Shown here piece by piece: positions 19,355-27,522 of a DNA stretch of 64,000 nt. The notes below the pieces were generated by a model that was not told the DNA's origin, made no database searches, and saw only the letters and a list, made by a program, of their open reading frames with translations. Source of the DNA: Candidatus Nanopelagicales bacterium. Lineage in GTDB: Bacteria > Actinomycetota > Actinomycetes > S36-B12. Each line of letters opens with the position of its first letter. Within the stretch, counting starts at the first letter, position 1. The position numbers were made by a program, and so were the translations under genes. The stretch is from positions 23,982 to 87,981 of the forward strand of contig JAIOXK010000002.1 in the NCBI GenBank assembly GCA_021741645.1, in the 5' to 3' direction.

Positions 19355-19779
19355 CACGCGGTGCTCACCACGCGCTGCCAGGCCGGTCCGTCGAGGGCGA
19401 TGACTGCTGCCGGGAACAGCCCGTTCTCCTCCTTGTCGATATGCCGCCGCAGGATGCCCTCCAGCATTCCCACCGCCGAAAGGTCGCCCTCGGCGACGCG
19501 GGCGAATGCGCCGTCGATCTCGCGGTGCTCGGCACACAGCCCGTCGACGTGCTCGGTGAACTCCGCATCCAGGCGCAGCTCCGCGAACAGGGACCGCTCC
19601 TCGCTTGCGGTGTGCGGCTCCAGCAAGCCCGCCAGGTCGCCGCCCGCCACGCGGGCACCGTCACGGTCACCCGCGCTCGCGGCGCGGCGAAGAAGGCCCA
19701 TGGCGTTGATGATCTCGTCGTGCTCCGCGGAGTACCGGGCGATTACGGTATTGGCCCGGCACCCGCAGTAGGAGCACAC
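19354..19779 (-). CDS. Hemerythrin domain protein
   Basis: CSYCGC N-terminus; EH, HTASEE, EH and HIDKEE motifs. Confidence 0.88.
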   Translation of the reverse strand: MCSYCGCRANTVIARYSAEHDEIINAMGLLRRAASAGDRDGARVAGGDLAGLLEPHTASEERSLFAELRLDAEFTEHVDGLCAEHREIDGAFARVAEGDLSAVGMLEGILRRHIDKEENGLFPAAVIALDGPAWQRVVSTA

Positions 19780-19786
19780 GACCGGG

Positions 19787-20083
19787 CTACCGCGCCAGCC
19801 GCAGGTGCCAGGCGTCCGGCCCGCTGTGGAGGTAGTCCACCGTCAGGCCGTCGGGGTACCGGCTGCGCGCCTGGTCCAGCAAGGGCAACGGGTCATGCGG
19901 GGCGATGAGCACCATCGCCCCACCGCGGCCAAGCGAGTCCAGCGCCCCGAAGATGGCGCCGTGCCGGATGGCATGCGGGATGGTGCGCGCGTCGAGCACG
20001 GGGTCGGCGTGCGCCCCGGCGTCCGAGCAGCCGCAGCCCGTGCTCACCTCGGTGACGGGAAGGGTCGGGTAGGGCTGGCTCAT
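19787..20083 (-). CDS. DUF2249 domain protein
   Basis: CGC, LDARTIPHAIRHGAIF, APHDPLPLL, GPDAW. Confidence 0.82.
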   Translation of the reverse strand: MSQPYPTLPVTEVSTGCGCSDAGAHADPVLDARTIPHAIRHGAIFGALDSLGRGGAMVLIAPHDPLPLLDQARSRYPDGLTVDYLHSGPDAWHLRLAR

Positions 20084-20150
20084 GGGTTCCTCGCAGGGGT
20101 CGGCTGGCGTCCAGACTCGCAACATTACTACAGTATGTGCTGTGTTAAAT

Positions 20151-20843
20151 ATGGGACCGGCACCGGCCCGTCGCAGCGATCGGGCGGCCGCCCTGACCCG
20201 GCCCCGTGCGCGGGTGCTGGAACTGCTCCAGCAACTGGACTCCCCGGTGTCCGCCGAGGACGTCGCACGTCGGTTCGGCCAGCACGTGAACACGGTTCGC
20301 CTGCACCTGGACTACCTCGCCCAGACCGGCCTGGCAGTGCGCGAGCGCGCCCCAGGCGCCGGTCGTGGGCGCCCCTCCTGGCATTACCGCGCCAATCCGG
20401 ACCGTCCCGAGCCCGATCCGCGGGTACGCGAGTACAGCGCCCTCGCCGGTGCCCTGGCCGCCCACATCGTCCGGACCAGCCTGCTGCCCACGGACGACGC
20501 GCACGCCGCCGGCCTGGAGTGGGGCCGCCAGGAAGCGCGCGAGCGCGGCCTCCGCGGCACGTCCGGTGCGGACGCACGCCGCACCGTGGTGTCAATCCTC
20601 GACGAACTCGGATTCGCCCCCGCCGCGAACCAGCGGCAGACGACGGTGCACCTGACGAACTGCCCGCTGCTGGACGTCGCCGCGCACTACCCCGACGTGA
20701 TCTGCCAGGTCCACCGAGGACTGATCGCGGGCTTGCTCGAGGCGCTGGGCAAAGACCCCGAGGGAGCCGACCTGCGACCTTTCTCCGACCCCGGATCCTG
20801 CCGACTGCACCTAGACGCCAGCAATGCTTCGACGCGGTCATGA
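20151..20843 (+). CDS. HTH transcriptional regulator with C-terminal Cys/His sensor domain
   Basis: HVNTVRLHLDYL HTH, GRGRP, NCPLL...CQVHRGL. Confidence 0.85.
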   Translation: MGPAPARRSDRAAALTRPRARVLELLQQLDSPVSAEDVARRFGQHVNTVRLHLDYLAQTGLAVRERAPGAGRGRPSWHYRANPDRPEPDPRVREYSALAGALAAHIVRTSLLPTDDAHAAGLEWGRQEARERGLRGTSGADARRTVVSILDELGFAPAANQRQTTVHLTNCPLLDVAAHYPDVICQVHRGLIAGLLEALGKDPEGADLRPFSDPGSCRLHLDASNASTRS

Positions 20844-21979
20844 GTGACGACCTGGCCGGGCCTGTCCAGCGGTCCGTTCCCTCGCCGAGGCTGCTCAGCG
20901 GCAACGTCCATGGCGGGCGGACCCGGGTGCGGGGACGCGTTGCCCTGCTGCTGCTCGGCGGCGTCTCGATGCTCCTGGGGCTGTCCGCGGGACTGATGCT
21001 CCTCGGGCTGCCGGCCCCGATCACGGCCGAGCGGCTGCTCGAGGTGCACGGGCAGCTCATGATCGTCGGGTTCCTGGGCACCTTGATCGCGCTGGAGCGG
21101 GCGATCGCATTGAGGCGGGCATGGGCCTACGCCGCACCCCTGGCCACGGGCGTCGGGGCGCTGCTCCTGGTCACCCCCGTGCCCATGGCCGTGGGACTCG
21201 CGGTGCAGGCCGTCGGCCTCGGGATCCTCGTCACCATCTATGCCGCCGTCTGGCGCCGTGCCGCGTCGACCGCGCTGGCGATCCAGTGGCTCGGCTCCTT
21301 CCTTGCCTTGGCCGCGGGCCTGCTGTGGCTGGCGCAGGTGCCGACCGGCGCGCTGTTCCCCCTCCTTGCCGGCTTCCTCGTGCTGACGATCGCGGGAGAA
21401 CGCCTGGAGCTCGCCCACGTCGCCTCTCCCCGACCAGGCGCCGCCCGGGCGCTGATGCTGATCTCCGCGGCGGTCGCCATCACCAGTGCTGCGGCTCTCC
21501 TGTGGCCGACTCCGGGCAGCGAGCTGTTCGGTGCGTCGCTTCTGGCGACTGTCCTGTGGCTCCTGCGCTTCGACGTGGCCACGCGCACGATCCGGTCCGT
21601 CGGGCTGCCCCGCTACACCGCGGTCAACCTCCTCCTGGGCATGGCGTGGCTGGCCGTCGCCGCATTCACGTGGCTCACGCTCGGGCCGCAGCCCGATGGG
21701 CCGGGCTACGACATCGTGGTGCATGCGATCGGCCTGGGCTTCGCCATGTCCATGGTCCTGGCGCATGCGCCGATCATCCTGCCGGCGGTGCTCATCCGGC
21801 CCCTGCCGTACCGCCCGGTGCTCTACCTGGCCACGTTCGCGCTGCAGGCGTCCCTGCTCCTGCGGGTGGCCGGTGACGTCCGCGGGTCGGGCTGGGCCTG
21901 GCAGTCCGGCGGCGCCGGAAACGTCGCCGCCCTCATGGCCTTCGTCGCAATGGCCGCGGCCCTGGTGATCCGCCGATGA
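20840..21979 (+). CDS. Polytopic membrane protein associated with nitrite reductase (NnrS-like)
   Basis: HGQLMIVGFLGTLIALERA, TIAGERLELA, YDIVVHAIGLGF; many TM helices. Confidence 0.7.
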   Translation: MSDDLAGPVQRSVPSPRLLSGNVHGGRTRVRGRVALLLLGGVSMLLGLSAGLMLLGLPAPITAERLLEVHGQLMIVGFLGTLIALERAIALRRAWAYAAPLATGVGALLLVTPVPMAVGLAVQAVGLGILVTIYAAVWRRAASTALAIQWLGSFLALAAGLLWLAQVPTGALFPLLAGFLVLTIAGERLELAHVASPRPGAARALMLISAAVAITSAAALLWPTPGSELFGASLLATVLWLLRFDVATRTIRSVGLPRYTAVNLLLGMAWLAVAAFTWLTLGPQPDGPGYDIVVHAIGLGFAMSMVLAHAPIILPAVLIRPLPYRPVLYLATFALQASLLLRVAGDVRGSGWAWQSGGAGNVAALMAFVAMAAALVIRR

Positions 21980-24585
21980 CCCGTTCCTCCTGGCACATCC
22001 GCACCTCAGCCGTCGTCCTGGCCTGGATGACGGCTGCCGCCACCGCCGCAGCCATGCACCGCCAGCTGCCCGCAGCCACCTGGCTCATGGTGCACCTGCT
22101 GCTGCTCGGCGCGGTCACGACCGCGCTGCTCGTGTGGAGCTGGCACTTCAGCGTCGCCGTCCTGCACGCGCCGCAGGCGCCCACGCGCCGCGGCGAGGCG
22201 ATCCGGATCACCACGGCCAACATCGGGGCGCTCGGCGTCATCAGTGGGGTGATGGCGAATGCCCCCGCCGTCACCATCCTCGGGGCCGCGGCCGTCGCGG
22301 CCGCCGTCGCCGCACACGTCGTGGCACTGGCGATCCGCCTCCGCCATGCACTCCCGGGCCGCTTCGCGTTCACGGTCCGCGCCTACATCGGCGCCGGGCT
22401 GCTGCTGGTCCCGGGCATCGCGCTGGGCGTCGTGATGGCACGCGGATCCTGGGACGCCAGCACCTACTCCCGGCTGCTCCTGGGCCATGTCACGGTCAAC
22501 CTCCTGGGCTGGGTGGTCCTGCCGATCCTCGGCACGCTGGTGACCCTGTGGCCCACGATGCTGCACACCCGGCTGGCGCCCGATGCCGAGCAGAAGGCCC
22601 GCCGCGCCCTGCCCCTGCTCATCGGCGGCACCCTCGTCACCACCACAGGAGCGCTGACCGGACTGGACCTGCTGGCCGCGGCAGGGGTCGCCGGCTACCT
22701 GATCGGCATTGGCCTGACCGTCGCGCCCATGGTGACCGAGATGCGCCAGCGACCCCCTTCGGCCTTCGCCTCCTGGTCAGCCCTGGCCGGTGTCGCATGG
22801 CTGTCAGGAACCCTGGTCGCCTTCGGCATCGCGCTGGTCGGCGGATCAGCCGACGCACTGAGCGGATTCGCCGGGCAACTGGTCGCCGCAGCCCTGATCG
22901 GCGGCGTGCTGCAGGTCCTGCTCGGATCGCTCAGCTACCTGGTCCCCGTCATGGTGGGCGGAGGCCCGGCAGCGATGCGACGGCGCAACGCCCGCGTCAA
23001 CCGGGCGATGGCCCCACGCCTGGTGATGCTGAACACGGCCCTCGCCGTCTGCGTCCTGCCCTCCCCCAGCGCCGTCCGCGTGCTCGCCTCCACCCTCGTC
23101 CTCGTCGCCGTCGGGTGGACGATCCTGCTCATCGCCGACAGCCTGCGCCGGAGCCCGGGCGACACCTCGAGGACCACCGCCGACAGCCCGGCACCGAAGC
23201 CCCCTGCCCATCACAGCGGCGGCGGCGTGGTCGCCCTGGCCGTCGTGCTGCTGGCCATCGTCGGGGGCGTCGCCTACGACCCGGCCGCCGTCGGCGCGGG
23301 AACGGTGTCCGCGGCCCCCGCATCCGCAGGGGTCACCGCCACTGGGGAGGCCACCGAGGTGACCGTCACCATCGAGGGGATGCGCTTCACCCCCGACCGG
23401 ATCCAGGTCCCGGCAGGCAACACCCTGACCGTGACCGTCATGAACGGCGGGGACGACGTGCACGACCTGGTCCTGGAGACCGGCCAGCGCACCCCCCGAC
23501 TGTCGCCCGGGCAGGCCGCGACGATCGAGGTCGGCGTCATCGGCCGGCCACTCGCGGGCTGGTGCTCGGTCGCCGGACACCGCCAGATGGGCATGGTGCT
23601 CAGCATCGAGGCGATCGGCGGGACCGAAGCGGCGACGGCGGCCAGCGGGCAGACCCCTGCCGGACACACCAGCAACGGCGCCGCGGCCGGCAGCGAACCC
23701 GTCGCCGTGGATGGCATCGACCTGATGGCCGAGCCCGGGCCGGGCACCGCGATCCGCGACCCACGCCTGCCGCCCGCCGCGGCCGCCCGCATCCACCGGG
23801 TGCGCCTGGTCGTGACCGAAGTGGAGGCAGAGGTCGCCCCCGGCGTCCGCCAGACCCGGTGGACGTTCGGCGGCACGGCCCCCGGGCCGGTCCTGCGCGG
23901 CAAGGTCGGCGACACGTTCATCATCACCCTGGTGAACGACGGCAGCATCGGGCATTCCATCGACTTCCACGCCGGCGCCCTGGCGCCCGACGAGCCAATG
24001 CGCACCATCGCCCCGGGAGAGACTCTGGCGTACCGGTTCACGGCGACCCGAGCCGGGATCTGGATGTACCACTGCTCCACCATGCCGATGTCCATGCACA
24101 TCGCCAACGGCATGTTCGGCGCCGTCATCATCGACCCACCCGACCTCGCACCCGTCGACCGCGAGTTCGTCCTCGTCCAGTCCGAGTCCTACCTCGGGCC
24201 CCAGGGCGGCACTGCCGATGCGGACTCCATCGACGCCGGCCAGCACAACCTGGTCGCGTTCAACGGCTACCCCATGCAGTACGACCACGCACCGCTGCAG
24301 GCCACCGTGGGCGACCGCGTCCGCATCTGGGTCCTCGCCGCCGGGCCCAACGTCGGGTCGTCCTTCCACGTCGTCGGGGGCCAGTTCGACACCGTCTACC
24401 GGGAGGGTGCCTACGAACTGACCCCCGGAACCGGCGGCTCGCAGGTCCTCGGACTGTTCCCGGCCCAAGGCGGCTTCGTCGAGCTCGTCCTCCCCGAAGC
24501 CGGCACCTACCCATTCGTCTCGCACGTCATGTCCGACGCCGAGAAGGGAGCCCACGGCCTCCTGCACGTCAGCAGGGCGGATTGA
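21976..24585 (+). CDS. nirK: Membrane domain + cupredoxin + copper-containing nitrite reductase (NirK/AniA-like) fusion
   Basis: N-terminal TM domain; extra type-1 Cu site (HDL...CSVAGHRQMGM); NirK motifs HSIDFH, YHCS..MSMHIANGM, SFHVVG, YPFVSH. Confidence 0.85.
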   Translation: MTRSSWHIRTSAVVLAWMTAAATAAAMHRQLPAATWLMVHLLLLGAVTTALLVWSWHFSVAVLHAPQAPTRRGEAIRITTANIGALGVISGVMANAPAVTILGAAAVAAAVAAHVVALAIRLRHALPGRFAFTVRAYIGAGLLLVPGIALGVVMARGSWDASTYSRLLLGHVTVNLLGWVVLPILGTLVTLWPTMLHTRLAPDAEQKARRALPLLIGGTLVTTTGALTGLDLLAAAGVAGYLIGIGLTVAPMVTEMRQRPPSAFASWSALAGVAWLSGTLVAFGIALVGGSADALSGFAGQLVAAALIGGVLQVLLGSLSYLVPVMVGGGPAAMRRRNARVNRAMAPRLVMLNTALAVCVLPSPSAVRVLASTLVLVAVGWTILLIADSLRRSPGDTSRTTADSPAPKPPAHHSGGGVVALAVVLLAIVGGVAYDPAAVGAGTVSAAPASAGVTATGEATEVTVTIEGMRFTPDRIQVPAGNTLTVTVMNGGDDVHDLVLETGQRTPRLSPGQAATIEVGVIGRPLAGWCSVAGHRQMGMVLSIEAIGGTEAATAASGQTPAGHTSNGAAAGSEPVAVDGIDLMAEPGPGTAIRDPRLPPAAAARIHRVRLVVTEVEAEVAPGVRQTRWTFGGTAPGPVLRGKVGDTFIITLVNDGSIGHSIDFHAGALAPDEPMRTIAPGETLAYRFTATRAGIWMYHCSTMPMSMHIANGMFGAVIIDPPDLAPVDREFVLVQSESYLGPQGGTADADSIDAGQHNLVAFNGYPMQYDHAPLQATVGDRVRIWVLAAGPNVGSSFHVVGGQFDTVYREGAYELTPGTGGSQVLGLFPAQGGFVELVLPEAGTYPFVSHVMSDAEKGAHGLLHVSRAD

Positions 24586-24684
24586 ATGCCATACCGCCAT
24601 CACCGATGCGCGCAGGCTGGCCGGGGGCACCGGCGGGCCGCATGCGTCGCATCCCTGCATCTGGGACCCGTGCGATGCGGCGGA

Positions 24685-26121
24685 TCAGGCGGGCACGGGA
24701 GCGCCTTCCAGCCAGGCCACGACGTCTGCGGCTGTCCACCCGTGCGGGAATGCGGCGTTGAGCCGGGTGGGGCCGTCGAGGTCGGCACCGAGGGTGACCA
24801 GGGCGGGCTCGTCGTAGCCGTCGCGTCGGTGCTGTCCCATGCCGACCGTGGCGGACAGGCCGTTGCATAGGCACACCCGCCCCGCCGTGTCCTCGGCGCG
24901 GCCCCCCTTGAGCAGGTACGTGCGTTCGGCCTCCGCCGGGCAACGGTAGCCGACCGAGCCGTCGTCCTTCTGGAACGGCGAGCGCAGGAAGCCCAGGTCG
25001 CACTGGCGGCTGCGAGCGGCGTAGACCTGCGGGTCAGTGATCGTGCCCGGCAGGTCGACGACCTTGAACGGGAATCCGGTGGGCGATGCGGTGGCACTGG
25101 TGCGCACCGACACCGCGTCGTCGGCCAGGCCCGCCCGCAGGCGCCGGCGCACGTCATCATTCAGCCCGGACTCGGCGGCCAGCGCAAACACGGTGCCGGC
25201 CTGGATCCCGCGGGCGCCCGCCGCCCTGGCGGCGGCGAGGCCCTCCGGAGTGCCGGTGGCCCCGGCCATCCAGAACGGCAGTCCCAGGGCGGCGATCCTC
25301 CCCGCGTCGGGCTCGTCGCGCGGTCCGAACAGCACGTTGCCGTCGCCGTCGAGCTCGGGCCGCCGGGGCGGGGCGTTGTGGCCACCGGCGGGCGACGCCT
25401 CGAGCACGAAGCCGTCCGGGCGGATCGCCGGATCGCGGGCAAGGTAGGTCGCCAGCACGTGCGAGGACACGATGGCCAGGAACACCGGCCGGTGCAGGGC
25501 CGGCAGCGACGGGCCCAATAGGGCGGCCGGGTCGAGGGTGACCGCGTGCGCATTCTCGTCGGCCCCGTGCACGTCGACGGCGTACTGCGCAGGCCGGCCG
25601 GCGGCTAGGGAGTCGAGCAGTGCAGGGAGCTGCCGCGGCACACCGGCCCCGACGAGCACGACGTCGACCCCGGCCAGCATCGCCCCGAAGACCATCGTGG
25701 GGACCGCCATCTGGATCTTCTCCAGCAGGTTGATCCCCACCAGCCCGTCATGGCCATCCCGGGCCAGCCACACCTCGGCGAACGATCCGAGAACGGCCAG
25801 CTCGACCGACGCCGGCTGCGGGTGCAGGACCAGTCGGGGCACCGGGCGATACGAGGCACCGGAAGGGCGCCCGGCAGGCAGGAAGTAGCGGGCCAGGGCG
25901 CGGCCGGCCATCGCCTGGTCCGGGAAGTGCGCGAGCGCCCGCCGATAGTGGCCACCCGGGTCTCCGTCCTGAAGGCGGCGGGCCAGGGCAAGGTCGAGGG
26001 CGGTCCCGGACACGACCCCGAGCTGCCCGCATCGGGCGACCGCGGCCGCCAGCTGCCACGAGGAGACCTGGACGCCCATGCCTCCCTGGATCATGGGGGG
26101 CAACGCCTCGACAGCGACCAT
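24685..26121 (-). CDS. Nitronate monooxygenase / FabK-like FMN enzyme
   Basis: IQGGMG, AGGHNAPPR, GIQAGT, Cys-containing C-terminus (CDLG, CPAE, CLCNGL). Confidence 0.85.
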   Translation of the reverse strand: MVAVEALPPMIQGGMGVQVSSWQLAAAVARCGQLGVVSGTALDLALARRLQDGDPGGHYRRALAHFPDQAMAGRALARYFLPAGRPSGASYRPVPRLVLHPQPASVELAVLGSFAEVWLARDGHDGLVGINLLEKIQMAVPTMVFGAMLAGVDVVLVGAGVPRQLPALLDSLAAGRPAQYAVDVHGADENAHAVTLDPAALLGPSLPALHRPVFLAIVSSHVLATYLARDPAIRPDGFVLEASPAGGHNAPPRRPELDGDGNVLFGPRDEPDAGRIAALGLPFWMAGATGTPEGLAAARAAGARGIQAGTVFALAAESGLNDDVRRRLRAGLADDAVSVRTSATASPTGFPFKVVDLPGTITDPQVYAARSRQCDLGFLRSPFQKDDGSVGYRCPAEAERTYLLKGGRAEDTAGRVCLCNGLSATVGMGQHRRDGYDEPALVTLGADLDGPTRLNAAFPHGWTAADVVAWLEGAPVPA

Positions 26122-26152
26122 CGGGACTCCTGTTCACGGGCCGGGATCAAGC

Positions 26153-26190
26153 AAGGTTACGGCAGCGTAGGTTACGGTACCGTAAGTTAT
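26153..26190. promoter_or_regulatory. Candidate operator (palindrome plus direct repeat)
   Basis: Perfect palindrome TTACGGTACCGTAA at 26172-26185 and AGGTTACGG twice, between divergent genes. Confidence 0.5.
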
Positions 26191-26248
26191 CAGAATCCGG
26201 AAGCTTCGAGCCCAGGCGGGACGTTGGTCACTGGCCGCCGACCCGCGC

Positions 26249-26773
26249 ATGGCTGACACTTGGCCGATGTTCGTGGCCCAGGAAGTCCAGCTGCCGTTCG
26301 CCATCGACGCGGCCGGCGCCCGACTGCTCGCGCTCCTGCGCCTTGATGGACTGCAAGGCAGTTCCGAGGACGCGTTCGACGTGGGACGAGGCCTGTTCAT
26401 GAGTGCGGGGGTCGGCGCGGTGTCGAAGCAGGTACTGGTCCAGCTGCTGCGTCCCTACCCGCACGACCGGGTCCTCATCGTCCCCTTGCGCTGGGTGGCC
26501 ACCGGCCCGTCCGGGGCGATGTTCCCGCAGCTCGACGGGAACCTCGAACTCGCGCCCGTAGATGAGGACCGATCGACCCTGCGGCTCAACGGCGCCTACC
26601 GCCCACCCCTGGCCGCGGTCGGCGCCCGCCTCGACCAGTTGCTGCTCCACCACGTCGCCGACGCCACCATCCACCGCCTTCTGCAGGACATCGCGGCCGC
26701 CATCACGGCGCTCCCCGAGGCCAGCCTCGTCTTCGACACTGACCGCCACGAAGCGCACGGAATCCAGCCATAG
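26249..26773 (+). CDS. Hypothetical protein (possibly SRPBCC-like)
   Basis: GC3-rich ORF; FPQLDGNLEL...LRLNGAYRPPL. Confidence 0.65.
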   Translation: MADTWPMFVAQEVQLPFAIDAAGARLLALLRLDGLQGSSEDAFDVGRGLFMSAGVGAVSKQVLVQLLRPYPHDRVLIVPLRWVATGPSGAMFPQLDGNLELAPVDEDRSTLRLNGAYRPPLAAVGARLDQLLLHHVADATIHRLLQDIAAAITALPEASLVFDTDRHEAHGIQP

Positions 26774-27047
26774 GTGTGGCCCCGCATGGCGGCGCCAGCC
26801 TGCACGTCTCGCATCGCGTCGGGCACACGGCGCCCTGATCCGGTGAGGGCCAGTACCTCCGACTCGAAGTCCGCCCGGGCGCCTGCCAGCCATTCGCCGT
26901 GAATCGATACTGGTGGCGAGCACGCCCACTACGCGGCCCTCAAGCGAGAGCCACAACCCGCATGGGAGCGGCACAGAACCTCGGGCGCTTCACTGGCGCG
27001 GCTAGGTGTCTGAATTTCGTGTCGGCCCGAGGCCGCCGACAAAGGGC

Positions 27048-27350
27048 GTTGACCTACGCATGAAATGTGTAGGTCAACGAAACCGGCCTCACGACCGGGG
27101 CATTTCCGGGGCGTTTGCTCGCTAGAAACGGATGAATCGGACCCGTTGACTAGGTGGCCGAAACGTTGTAATCTGTTGCAGCGCAACGGATTTCGACCGA
27201 GAGCCGCCTCGGGGACTTGAACCCCGGACCTACGCATTACGAGCCGTTCGCGACCCCACAACGATCATGCTCTTACTCGACCCTACTCCGGCTTACCCCG
27301 CCATAGGCGGCGCTGCGCACGCCATGTTCCGGGTCATTTCCGGGTCATTT
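27048..27350. repeat. attP-like junction unit, copy 3
   Basis: Inverted repeat 27047-27079, CCGGGGC(A/G)TTT x2 (27095-27116), tRNA-Thr 3' half, CCGGGTCATTT x2 (27329-27350); same spacings as copy 2. Confidence 0.9.
27201..27243 (-). tRNA. 3'-half fragment of tRNA-Thr(CGT); att core, not a functional tRNA
   Basis: Reverse complement CTCGTAATGCGTAGGTCCGGGGTTCAAGTCCCCGAGGCGGCTC. Confidence 0.85.
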
Positions 27351-27522
27351 CGCTGTACCCGCCAGGGTTCTGCCTTACAGGCCTTTCCGGTCGCCGGACA
27401 GGACTGACACGGATGACGCTCAAGGCCCCTCCATTGCTGACGTCGGCCGACAGGTACTCGGGTGCTGCGGGTTCATAGACTGTCAGTTCAGTAGTCAATG
27501 GTGCGCGACGCGGTGACCAGCG

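Noticed and set aside
19805..20839. N-terminal extension making a 724-aa membrane protein
   Set aside because: Overlaps the DUF2249 and HTH regulator genes; the real start is the ATGA-coupled ATG at 20840.
22134..24761. 875-aa alternative-frame ORF and 604-aa antisense ORF over nirK
   Set aside because: Arg/Pro-rich shadow ORFs typical of high-GC DNA.
27141..27157. ACCCGTTGACTAGGTGG in junction 3 as a ninth ICE motif
   Set aside because: Lacks the upstream TGCGnGGCACC box, and the equivalent position in junction 2 differs.
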